From IMG/VR virus record IMGVR_UViG_3300044295_000323, positions 897 to 64,896 of that record: a DNA stretch of 64,000 nucleotides. One strand, given 5' to 3'. The stretch comes from a virus (lineage: Duplodnaviria > Caudoviricetes). The first letter of the stretch is position 1. Each line of letters begins with the position of its first letter. Positions 17,986 to 25,771 of this stretch are shown one piece after another. The position numbers and the translations under genes were made by a program. The notes under the pieces were generated by a model. It was given only the letters and a program-made list of their open reading frames with translations, searched no databases and was not told the DNA's origin.

Positions 17986-18306
17986 CTACTGGTCTGTATC
18001 TTGTGGACACCCGGTAAGGAGTTCCGCCACAAGGGCGGCCCTCAACTCATCCCAGGTATCAAATCGTTGAACAGGCCTATCCGAGTTGTAGTAGCGCAAC
18101 CACAAAGGTTGTGCAGGATAGCCAATTTGCTCTTCGTCTTGTGCCACTTTTATGCCGATCTGCACACCGACGTTACCTATGTAGCCACGATAGTTTGTCC
18201 AATCACCATTGGCATCATACCGCTGTCTGTCGAGCGTGCGGTAGAATCCCCACTCATTGAGCTGCTCTATGACGGTGTCGAGTTCTTCCGGTGTTAGGGC
18301 TGGCAT
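17986..18306 (-). CDS. early protein with helix-LLTG motif
   Basis: ends TWDELRAALVAELLTGCPQDTDQ; SD GAGG. Confidence 0.6.
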   Translation of the reverse strand: MPALTPEELDTVIEQLNEWGFYRTLDRQRYDANGDWTNYRGYIGNVGVQIGIKVAQDEEQIGYPAQPLWLRYYNSDRPVQRFDTWDELRAALVAELLTGCPQDTDQ

Positions 18307-18572
18307 GTGTCGTCCTCGTTGTCTTCGATTCCCAAGTGAAAGAGTAGCACACGGCGGACAAGTTCCTCTTCGGATGTCAGGCCGATGCTGCACACATTGC
18401 TCGTATCGTAGGATGTGTGCGTGGCGCATACGTCGCCCTGGGCAGTTCTCAGAATCCACCACCCTGGACCGGTGTTTGTTCCTGTCGACGCCCACATGGT
18501 AGTCCCACGTGTGGTATTGCGCTCGGGAATTTTCTTGAGTTGTAGCTTTGCTACAAGTTCGTCCAGCGTCAT
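18294..18572 (-). CDS. early protein, weak motif variant
   Basis: SEEELVRRVLLFHLG; SD GGAG. Confidence 0.55.
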   Translation of the reverse strand: MTLDELVAKLQLKKIPERNTTRGTTMWASTGTNTGPGWWILRTAQGDVCATHTSYDTSNVCSIGLTSEEELVRRVLLFHLGIEDNEDDTCQP

Positions 18573-18576
18573 GGCG

Positions 18577-18945
18577 TTACGATCTCCAGAATTGCCACCA
18601 CCGCTTGGGTGCAGGGTGGACTGGGGGGCGCGGCTCGAACCACTGACCTTCGATGTTGCACAGGTAATCCATGTTGTGCCCATTCCGCAACACCGAACAG
18701 TACTTAAACGAGTGTTGTGTTTGCTTGGGATTTCTGCATTCGTCGAAATTAGCTATGCCGCGTAGAGTACACAGCGCCTGCCGGTACCAATGAATGCAAT
18801 CCACGCAGCGCTTCTCCTCGACGCCGTGTTCGAGCAAGTAGATGATGCGCTCCTGGGTGCGGCGCTCATGGAGCTCGCGCACTAATTCCTTGACGAGCAG
18901 GCGCGGGAAGAATCGCAGTAAAAACGCACGTTTGAACTTCTGCAT
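18577..18945 (-). CDS. Cys-rich protein (CxDC..., KRWW tail)
   Basis: CVDCIH...LCNIEGQWFEP...KRWWQFW; paralog of 7388..7669. Confidence 0.65.
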   Translation of the reverse strand: MQKFKRAFLLRFFPRLLVKELVRELHERRTQERIIYLLEHGVEEKRCVDCIHWYRQALCTLRGIANFDECRNPKQTQHSFKYCSVLRNGHNMDYLCNIEGQWFEPRPPVHPAPKRWWQFWRS

Positions 18946-19064
18946 TAGACTTCTCCTGTCAGACGCCACGCCACGAAGCGGGCCTCGGCCTCTTTCAGGC
19001 CCACGTTGTTGGCAATCTTCACTGTATTTGCATAACCGGGGTAGCCCAAGTAGATGCGCCACAC
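18945..19064 (-). CDS. 39-aa peptide with helix-RLTG motif (not in ORF track)
   Basis: MWRIYLGYPGYANTVKIANNVGLKEAEARFVAWRLTGEV; TAATG overlap with the next gene. Confidence 0.55.
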   Translation of the reverse strand: MWRIYLGYPGYANTVKIANNVGLKEAEARFVAWRLTGEV

Positions 19065-19113
19065 ATTTCGTTAATATGGAGTGGGAATTTCTTCCAGACG
19101 TCGCCGCCTAGTG

Positions 19114-19147
19114 AACGAAAGCCCCAGGTATGGAAGATACCTGGGGC
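19114..19147 (-). terminator. intrinsic terminator
   Basis: GCCCCAGGTAT-CTTCC-ATACCTGGGGC then TTTCGTT. Confidence 0.6.
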
Positions 19148-19187
19148 CTTGACGGTCGTTCGTGTCGTGCTTCATCTCATGTGCTCC

Positions 19188-19667
19188 TTAGACGTGGTAA
19201 GTCAGCGTCTTACGACCGCTGCCCTTGCACGCGGGACACGGTTCGTTCGCGTTGTCGGCACTGTGCCCGAGTCCATTGCACGCCTGGCACTTGGGGGCCG
19301 GCACCTGCGGACTCACGATCTCCGTGTTCGGGGGCGCGGCGTGGAACCCAATGCGCACCGACTTGGACTTGACATTGCGGCTGCCGCTCGGGGTCTCACC
19401 CACCTCGTCATCCTCGGCGCTCATGTGGCGTTTCAAGTTCTTGAGCATAATGCCCGCCCCCAACGCGGACCCCTCGGCCCCCTTGCGCAGGGCCGGCATC
19501 ATGTCCCATAGGTAAGCGGCCAAGATCAGGGCCGTCACGACTATGCCCAAGATCTGGGTGGGATAGTCCATGCCAGCCTGGCGCAAGATCCATCCGACCT
19601 CGATGCCCCCGCCGACGACGATGGTGAGGTCTGCGATCAGCGCCACACCGGTGAAGAATGTTTTCAT
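19188..19667 (-). CDS. two-TM membrane protein with DnaJ-type Zn finger
   Basis: CQACNGLG and CPACKGSG repeats; SD AAGGAG. Confidence 0.65.
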   Translation of the reverse strand: MKTFFTGVALIADLTIVVGGGIEVGWILRQAGMDYPTQILGIVVTALILAAYLWDMMPALRKGAEGSALGAGIMLKNLKRHMSAEDDEVGETPSGSRNVKSKSVRIGFHAAPPNTEIVSPQVPAPKCQACNGLGHSADNANEPCPACKGSGRKTLTYHV

Positions 19668-19714
19668 ACGTGTCTCCTTTTCTTTTTGCTACGTTGACCA
19701 GGATGTAGCACCTG

Positions 19715-20026
19715 CTACACCTCTGTGGGAGATTCACCTGTTAGACGCCACACGGTGAACCATTGATACACTTGCATCCAGTCGTCCGTCATGGGAGATG
19801 CTTGTATTATTTTATTCGTGGCTTGGTCTGTGGTGTAGAGGGCCGCGAATGAGCGATCTGCCGACAGCCAAATGAGAGACTCCCCGTTGGTAGTCGCCTT
19901 GGCAATGAAGATGCGCCACGAGATGTCGGTAAACCTTTCGTTGTTCGTGGCCCACCGAAATTCGGACTCCCGCCCAGATAGGGCACCCACCGGGATGGGA
20001 TAATCCGCTAACTTTCTTAAGGCCAT
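19715..20026 (-). CDS. early protein with helix-RLTG motif
   Basis: ends DWMQVYQWFTVWRLTGESPTEV. Confidence 0.6.
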   Translation of the reverse strand: MALRKLADYPIPVGALSGRESEFRWATNNERFTDISWRIFIAKATTNGESLIWLSADRSFAALYTTDQATNKIIQASPMTDDWMQVYQWFTVWRLTGESPTEV

Positions 20027-20340
20027 GTGAACTCTGGGTAGGTGAACTTCAGCCACACCACGTAGGCAATCAGGTCCCGGTCGGTCTTGAACGATTTGTC
20101 CTTCGGGGTACTGGCCCCCTCAAAGAAGATACGTATGACCCACTTCGCCCCCTTGATCGTGGCCCGATCGCTTTTCGCCAACGGCTTCGAAACCATCTTG
20201 TAGTGTTCGACGGTCGTGATGTAGATGCGGGGGCCGCCGAACGTGGCCTGTTTTGTCAATAACCACCAGCTCCACGTAGCCCACGTGGTGGGGATGGGAA
20301 ACGTGCCCGTGTTGATGTGGTCTCGTTTAGCGTCGGCCAT
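20017..20340 (-). CDS. Trp-rich early protein, motif variant
   Basis: TDRDLIAYVVWLKFTY. Confidence 0.55.
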   Translation of the reverse strand: MADAKRDHINTGTFPIPTTWATWSWWLLTKQATFGGPRIYITTVEHYKMVSKPLAKSDRATIKGAKWVIRIFFEGASTPKDKSFKTDRDLIAYVVWLKFTYPEFTWP

Positions 20341-20473
20341 AGTCCCACCAGTTCTCTTGTTGATGGGTCGTCGCAATCGCTACAGTCCCAAGGCCTTCCA
20401 GATAGGGGTCAGCTCGATATTTCTTGAACCAATAGAACCAGCCCCATTTGTAGCGTTTCCACTTTGGCTTCAC
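20327..20473 (-). CDS. 48-aa Trp/Lys-rich peptide (not in ORF track)
   Basis: MKPKWKRYKWGWFYWFKKYRADPY...; SD AAAGGAG; GTGA overlap. Confidence 0.5.
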   Translation of the reverse strand: MKPKWKRYKWGWFYWFKKYRADPYLEGLGTVAIATTHQQENWWDYGRR

Positions 20474-20772
20474 TTGTGTGCTCCTTTCTTCAAACGTGGC
20501 GCCAGGTTCTGGCAGAGACGACTGGCCCTTAACCAGCGGTCTAACGTGTAGCGTGTGCTACAGGTATCGATCTGGCGATAGATGCCCAGCGTTAGGTTGG
20601 ACGTGCCCCGTGTGGGTGTCGTCTTCATCATCTTGGTGTGCAGATGGGGGCCCGAGAGATTCTTCCATAGTCCGAGCTTCCCATATTGGAGCTCCCGCTT
20701 CAGTGCGACCAACTGCCACTTCTTGGCGTTGGCCTTGGGCCCTTGGGCAATGAGCGAATAACGCATCAGCAT
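20470..20772 (-). CDS. early protein, weak motif variant
   Basis: TRYTLDRWLRASRLCQ; SD AGGAG. Confidence 0.5.
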   Translation of the reverse strand: MLMRYSLIAQGPKANAKKWQLVALKRELQYGKLGLWKNLSGPHLHTKMMKTTPTRGTSNLTLGIYRQIDTCSTRYTLDRWLRASRLCQNLAPRLKKGAHK

Positions 20773-21113
20773 GGGGCAACTCCTGTCATGATGAGGACGG
20801 CGAGATCTGCAAGGGCATCCTCGGGGCGGCGTCGGCCACAATAGGGACCATTCATATAGTTGCGCGCACCGTTCTTATCGGGGGGCCCGAGCTTGTGAAT
20901 GAGCCACTCTCCGTTGCGCATGTTGTAATCGTCGGACTTATTGTTCTCATCTTTGCAGAACACGAGCAGGTATTCACCATCGGGTGATCGCCACGACGCA
21001 TACCAACTTCCCGGTCTCGCGTAATGATCGTTCCACCAGTCGGTGCCAAGAACGTCGAACTCCTTGGGCAGCTCTTTCGGCACAGGCACTGGCAACGCCT
21101 TTCGTCGGCTCAT
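20766..21113 (-). CDS. Trp-rich early protein with helix-IMTG motif
   Basis: ends RPEDALADLAVLIMTGVAPC. Confidence 0.65.
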   Translation of the reverse strand: MSRRKALPVPVPKELPKEFDVLGTDWWNDHYARPGSWYASWRSPDGEYLLVFCKDENNKSDDYNMRNGEWLIHKLGPPDKNGARNYMNGPYCGRRRPEDALADLAVLIMTGVAPC

Positions 21114-21466
21114 AGAATAGTCCCCAGCAAATTGGCCCGCACAACTAGGAGATTGATGTGGTCTAGGCTACGGACGGGCACAGACTCTATATAGTCGCCC
21201 TCTTCGTTGGGCCTTAAGAGATAGAGACTGACAGTCCATGTTGAGGTATCACGATCCACGTAGAGGTTACCGACACCCTTAACTTCCCGATTCGCGTTGA
21301 AATAGATGCCGCTACAGGGTGGCGTTGCATTGCACCTATAGAACTGCGGCAATTCGTGGTGTGGGCACGAGATGTAGACATCGAAGCCGCGCCGATGGAG
21401 CTCCAGGGCCCACCGACGCGCCTTCCGAACGTGACGTTTCGCTTTCATCTTTTGTTGAACCTCCAA
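21110..21466 (-). CDS. early protein with helix-NLLG motif
   Basis: ends SLDHINLLVVRANLLGTIL. Confidence 0.6.
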   Translation of the reverse strand: MEVQQKMKAKRHVRKARRWALELHRRGFDVYISCPHHELPQFYRCNATPPCSGIYFNANREVKGVGNLYVDRDTSTWTVSLYLLRPNEEGDYIESVPVRSLDHINLLVVRANLLGTIL

Positions 21467-21517
21467 ATGGAGACCCAGGGGTAGGAAGCTTCCACCTCCT
21501 ACCCTAGGGACTACACT

Positions 21518-21778
21518 CTAGGCCGCCACGTCGACCTGCTGCTCCTCCTTGCTGCTGGGAAAGGGCTTGCCCGTGTCGTCGCAGTTGATACGCCGCCGGT
21601 GGTTGATGATCGCACCCTCGCTGTGCTGCGTCACGCGGCGCTCGTCCTTCTTACCGCGCTTGGAACCCCGGCTGTGCGCCCGGAGCTTGCCCGTCTTGGG
21701 GTCCTTCTTGCTGAAGTAACGGGCGATGGCGCCCCGCTTGCCGGGATTACCCTGCTTGATCTTGTTCGCCTTCGGCAT
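21518..21778 (-). CDS. highly basic small protein
   Basis: SD AAGGAAGGAG; Lys/Arg-rich. Confidence 0.65.
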   Translation of the reverse strand: MPKANKIKQGNPGKRGAIARYFSKKDPKTGKLRAHSRGSKRGKKDERRVTQHSEGAIINHRRRINCDDTGKPFPSSKEEQQVDVAA

Positions 21779-21795
21779 TGCTGGTGTCTCCTTCC

Positions 21796-22080
21796 TTAGT
21801 ACTTGCTGTTGATTTGCGGGATGGCCGTGGTCATCTGGATGCGCAACTGGCCCACAGTCAAGTTGCACACCTGCGGAAACTCCGCGTTATCGAGCTCGAT
21901 GCAGATGACCGCGTCCGCCTTGACGGCGCGGTCGATGTTGATCTGCGCGGACGACGAGGGGCCAGGGGTGGTGTCGTCGTGGGCGTAGGGCCCGGGGTCC
22001 CGACGCCCATGAACGCCACTGTCACAGGCCGCCGTCACCGTGACGGCCATGACAATAGCAATAATCGACTTCGTGTGCAT
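21796..22080 (-). CDS. putative lipoprotein
   Basis: MHTKSIIAIVMAVTVTAAC lipobox; SD AGGAGG. Confidence 0.6.
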   Translation of the reverse strand: MHTKSIIAIVMAVTVTAACDSGVHGRRDPGPYAHDDTTPGPSSSAQINIDRAVKADAVICIELDNAEFPQVCNLTVGQLRIQMTTAIPQINSKY

Positions 22081-22137
22081 CGAATGGAGCCTCCTGAGCT
22101 CCGTGTGTGTAGCACCTGCTACAACCTTGTTGGGCGT

Positions 22138-22476
22138 CTACTCTTCTGAGACGCCAAAGATTTTGCTGAGATACAGGTTTCGACACTTTGCGAGGCTCTT
22201 ATGGTCGGCCTCAATACGCACATTGCCTCGTGAAGAGCCCATAATCCACTTGTTGTTGTAGTAAAAGACTTGGAACCAGTTGTACCCTTGTTGTTTCACA
22301 ACTTCCCAGATGCCATACTTGAAATCAGGGTCCCACTCCTTCGGTTTATAGGTCCACGACAGGTGGCCGAAGTGGGCTTGAAGTTGTTTCGGGAGTAGCT
22401 TGGTCTGTGGCTTCTTGATGCTGATGCTGCGGCGTTTACGCGTTTTCATTCCCATTCTCCCAAAATTCGATGCCAC
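22138..22476 (-). CDS. Trp-rich early protein, motif variant
   Basis: ends SLAKCRNLYLSKIFGVSEE; start may be about 22456. Confidence 0.6.
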   Translation of the reverse strand: MASNFGRMGMKTRKRRSISIKKPQTKLLPKQLQAHFGHLSWTYKPKEWDPDFKYGIWEVVKQQGYNWFQVFYYNNKWIMGSSRGNVRIEADHKSLAKCRNLYLSKIFGVSEE

Positions 22477-22515
22477 TCTGGACTCAGGGTGAGGAATTCA
22501 CTGGGAAGCTTCATT

Positions 22516-22815
22516 TTAGACCCACTCTCCCGTCAGCACTAGCGCGGCGATTTCGGCCTTCATTTGCTCTGGTGTCTCGGTCGCGATGAAGAGTCTGCTA
22601 CCACCAGTGCCATACCCAAATCGAACAAGACGCCATTTGCCATAATGTCCGTAGTTACCGCGCCAGCGCGGACTCAGCAAGTAGAAGCCGCGTTGGCTGT
22701 CGTCGTGCTCGTCGGTATACCACCAGCGCCCACCGTCGACTTCACTGCTGCCTTTCTTCCACGCCGCGGTGTCGGCGAGACACTCGGGAAATGTATCAGA
22801 TGCGACAACGCTCAT
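22516..22815 (-). CDS. Trp-rich early protein with helix-VLTG motif
   Basis: ends TPEQMKAEIAALVLTGEWV; SD GGAG. Confidence 0.65.
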   Translation of the reverse strand: MSVVASDTFPECLADTAAWKKGSSEVDGGRWWYTDEHDDSQRGFYLLSPRWRGNYGHYGKWRLVRFGYGTGGSRLFIATETPEQMKAEIAALVLTGEWV

Positions 22816-22892
22816 TCGATTTCTCCGGTCAAGCAATGGAGGATCAGCGCCCTGGCCATGGCTTCACGATGGGCAATAGTCGGACTTGCCAT
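22812..22892 (-). CDS. 26-aa peptide that is essentially the helix-LTG motif (not in ORF track)
   Basis: MASPTIAHREAMARALILHCLTGEIE; ATGA overlap with 22516..22815. Confidence 0.5.
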   Translation of the reverse strand: MASPTIAHREAMARALILHCLTGEIE

Positions 22893-23039
22893 CGCTTCGT
22901 GTGACGGGATAGGTGGTTTTCATCAGGATAGCTCCTAAGTTTGTAGCACCTGCTACAACAGCGGACAGAAGGCACGGCACACACGAATACACACCACTAC
23001 ACTACGCGTTAAAAGATGCTGACGGGGACTTCGACGATA

Positions 23040-23264
23040 CTACTGGCGAACGATGGGATAGTCGCTGAGGTGCCACGCGAACGCGGCCAACACGACGACC
23101 AGGGTACCCATGATCGCGACGAGCAACTGGATGATGTCCATCGGCCGGCCAAACGCGCCAAAGACGACGGCGAGCATGACAAACAGATAGACGAGCATCC
23201 AGATAACTGATCGGCGCCACTGCACGAGGGCACTGGCGTGGCGGAGATTAAGCAGGTCTGACAT
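23040..23264 (-). CDS. two-TM membrane protein
   Basis: two hydrophobic segments; SD GAGG. Confidence 0.6.
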   Translation of the reverse strand: MSDLLNLRHASALVQWRRSVIWMLVYLFVMLAVVFGAFGRPMDIIQLLVAIMGTLVVVLAAFAWHLSDYPIVRQ

Positions 23265-23266
23265 GC

Positions 23267-23554
23267 TCAATTCCTCACGATCCAGAGCAACACCACCACC
23301 AACCAAAAGGCGAGTGGTGGTGTAGCAAGTGCTGCACACCAGCGTTTCCACGTGTATTTCTTCTTCGTGAACGGGGTCATGGTCAAGATGCTGACGATGG
23401 CGTTCACCGCAAACCACGCGGTGGCCGACAACTGCGGCAACTCTGGCATCAGGAGGTTGATCTTCCAGATGAACCAGGACTCCCACATCATGGAGAGCAG
23501 GCCAAACAGTGGTAGCACGAGTAACGCCACCAACAGGCTGAAGATTTCTAACAT
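23267..23554 (-). CDS. multi-TM membrane protein
   Basis: three hydrophobic segments; SD AAAGGAG. Confidence 0.6.
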   Translation of the reverse strand: MLEIFSLLVALLVLPLFGLLSMMWESWFIWKINLLMPELPQLSATAWFAVNAIVSILTMTPFTKKKYTWKRWCAALATPPLAFWLVVVLLWIVRN

Positions 23555-23673
23555 AGGGACTCCTTTCGTAGGTGTGTCCCCATGTGCCGTGCCTACTATC
23601 CACTGTTGCTGATAGGTAGTATGCAACCTAGAGGACCCGAAATGTAGCAGATGCTACAGGTGGATTTCTAACG

Positions 23674-23874
23674 TTAGTGCAACAACTGACCGAACAGGAT
23701 ACGCTCCCCTTCTCGCGGGGCGCCCATTTTGGAATACATGGTGAACGGCATGGTGGCCACGGTGGTCTCGTGCTGCACCATTGCCGCCGTGAGGGACTCG
23801 GCCGCCGTGACGCGGACGTGCCGGCCCTCGTTCAACTGCTCGACCTTGACGACGACCAGTGAGGTTTGTTTCAT
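23674..23874 (-). CDS. hypothetical protein
   Basis: SD AAAGGAG. Confidence 0.6.
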   Translation of the reverse strand: MKQTSLVVVKVEQLNEGRHVRVTAAESLTAAMVQHETTVATMPFTMYSKMGAPREGERILFGQLLH

Positions 23875-23998
23875 CTTTGGAGCTCCTTTTACTGGGCTCT
23901 AGGCTGGATACTACCTACCCGCAACGGTGTAGCACGTGCTACAAACGGACGCGATGGGCACAATGGGAGACACCCCTGGCCTTGGGGTTTAATGGTGA

Positions 23999-24256
23999 CT
24001 AACGGGTGAAGTAGCGGTAAAGCTCGCGCTCACGGTCGACATTCGACACGTGCTGCGCGTCACTGAGCTTGGTTGCCCAGTGTTCGACGTCGAACGTGTC
24101 CCCGCGTTTGATGGCGCGGATGCACGCACGTTCTTCGGCCCTGACCTGGCGCTGGCGCACACGGTCATCGGCCAGGTGTTCGGCTTCAAGGACCATGCGG
24201 TCGAGGATTTCTGGCAGGTAACGGTCGCGGGGATTCTCGGACGTGGATTTCATCAT
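23999..24256 (-). CDS. hypothetical protein
   Basis: SD AGGAG. Confidence 0.6.
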   Translation of the reverse strand: MMKSTSENPRDRYLPEILDRMVLEAEHLADDRVRQRQVRAEERACIRAIKRGDTFDVEHWATKLSDAQHVSNVDRERELYRYFTR

Positions 24257-25050
24257 GGGACTCCTGACGTGGGGATGCCCCCTATTGTGCCCACCTAGCC
24301 AGTTGTAGCACGTGCTACAGTTGTGGATAAGTAGGTGGCTAGCGCGGAGAATTGATCTTCTGAAGTTAGTTGCCTAACTCCGACTCTAAACTCCTCTCGG
24401 AGTTGGAAGGAAGGTTGTCACGATGCCGACTCACACTGTCGCTCTTAGTAGGGATTACAGACGATGCTTGACTCCCAACAGCTACGTTAATGCTGTCCCT
24501 GTCCGCTATGCCCACACGACGCATTGCCGTATTGCTCGCCTGATACAGATGTGGAGGGCGCTACAGGATTATGTGGGACGTCCCGATAGTCTGGGCGTCA
24601 CGTCCTGCTAAGGCGCTGGATTACGGCGCCTATTCCTAGTCTCATTCTCTCGGCCCTCTGGTTGTTACGAGGGTTCCTTTGCCCACTGGCGCAGTTGCCG
24701 CATCACCGGCCCTGCCGTGGTCGCCTTTCGCCATTTGTTGCGAGTGATTCTCAGACTGTAGCAGGTGCTACAGTGGATACCAGACTCTCGGCAAACTATG
24801 GGACACAAGCCACGCAACGACAGGCATTATGGGTTAGCCTGCTACCACGTGGGTTATAGGCGAGAGTAGGGAATAGCACGTTTCACAACGTCCCGATATG
24901 ATGTCCGATCGTCGCCTTTGGCCTAACCTGCAAACTGTAGCAGATGCTACAAATTTGGCTTGTGGCTAGACTTTGGGGCTCCTGGATAGCAGAGCATAGC
25001 TCCGCCCTCTGGCCCAATGTCCCGTATTTAGTTGACAAAGATCACGTATG

Positions 25051-25104
25051 TCTGGTTTCGCCGTTTCCGGCTCATCAGTAAGGGTAATTCACCCTTAGAC
25101 CAGA
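25051..25104 (-). ncRNA. type III hammerhead ribozyme
   Basis: UCUGGUC | stem I UAAGGGU/ACCCUUA | CUGAUGA | stem II GCCG-GAAA-CGGC | GAAA-CCAGA; all core nucleotides present; GUC cleavage site. Confidence 0.9.
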
Positions 25105-25140
25105 GGTAAGGCCGGGGTTTGCCCGGCCTTACCTTGTGTG

Positions 25141-25620
25141 TTACTTGGACTGCTTGACCGCCCGGAGTTCGGCGCGAATGGCACGCATGATGCCTTCGGC
25201 TACCTTCAGCGAGGCCGCATCTGTCGGATAGGCCGCATTCCACGCCTCACGCGAGGTATCGACGCTGGACACTGCTTCGTCTGCGGCCTGCTTCTCGTCA
25301 TTCTCGGCGCCGATCGCAGTCCCGTCCGCCTTGAATCCCGCATACTTGAGAATGCGGTAGAAGGACGTGCGGGCGTAATCGACGGACGCACCACGCTCTG
25401 AGACCATGTAGCGCCCCCATGCGTCCTGTGTGAACTTGCGAGCGGCCTTGTCCGCTACAAGTTCGGGCGTGAGAAACGCCTTAGCCGCCGTCGCCAGCGT
25501 CTCATCCGTCTTGGCAATCAGCGTGGCAGCGTGTTGTAGTGCCGTCATGTTGAGCTGAATGGTGCCAATGGTGACGATCATGTCTGAAGTGGCCTGAGCG
25601 GTCGTATTTTCGGTATTCAT
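25141..25620 (-). CDS. first gene of the leftward operon, Ala-rich hypothetical protein
   Basis: SD GGGAG; followed by a 12-bp hairpin (25105-25133) and the ribozyme. Confidence 0.7.
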   Translation of the reverse strand: MNTENTTAQATSDMIVTIGTIQLNMTALQHAATLIAKTDETLATAAKAFLTPELVADKAARKFTQDAWGRYMVSERGASVDYARTSFYRILKYAGFKADGTAIGAENDEKQAADEAVSSVDTSREAWNAAYPTDAASLKVAEGIMRAIRAELRAVKQSK

Positions 25621-25736
25621 GTGATTCTCCCTATCTGTAGCAGTGCTACCGGATAGGCACCATGCCTATCAGGGTAACTTCGCGCCTGCTTACCGCGCGT
25701 TTGAGTTGTCAAAGAACGACGATGCCGACAAGCATA

Positions 25737-25771
25737 TACAAGCGCCGTGCCAACACGCTAAGTTGTTGATT
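25737..25771 (-). promoter_or_regulatory. sigma54-like promoter with adjacent IHF box
   Basis: TGGCACG-GCGC-TTGTA (GG-N10-GT, one mismatch at -12) preceded by AATCAACAACTTA (matches WATCAANNNNTTR). Confidence 0.5.

Larger units (their letters stand above)
14931..25650. repeat. dispersed 16-bp palindrome TGTAGCA-NN-TGCTACA
   Basis: exact copies start at 19704, 22108, 22942, 23643, 23928, 24304, 24757, 24936; one-mismatch copies at 14931, 16517, 20547, 23321; spacer variants near 17974, 18541, 25636. Confidence 0.9.

Noticed and set aside
19071-19175. Stop-codon readthrough or genetic-code reassignment
   Set aside because: All large genes are intact in the standard code and use all three stops; the upstream part coincides with a terminator hairpin.
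24322-24330. Perfect DnaA box TTATCCACA next to a palindrome
   Set aside because: Single copy; another occurs inside a CDS at about 58839, so chance is sufficient.
19704-24951. 16-bp palindromes as a CRISPR array
   Set aside because: Repeats are too short, spacing is irregular (180 bp to over 2 kb) and whole genes lie between them; no cas operon.
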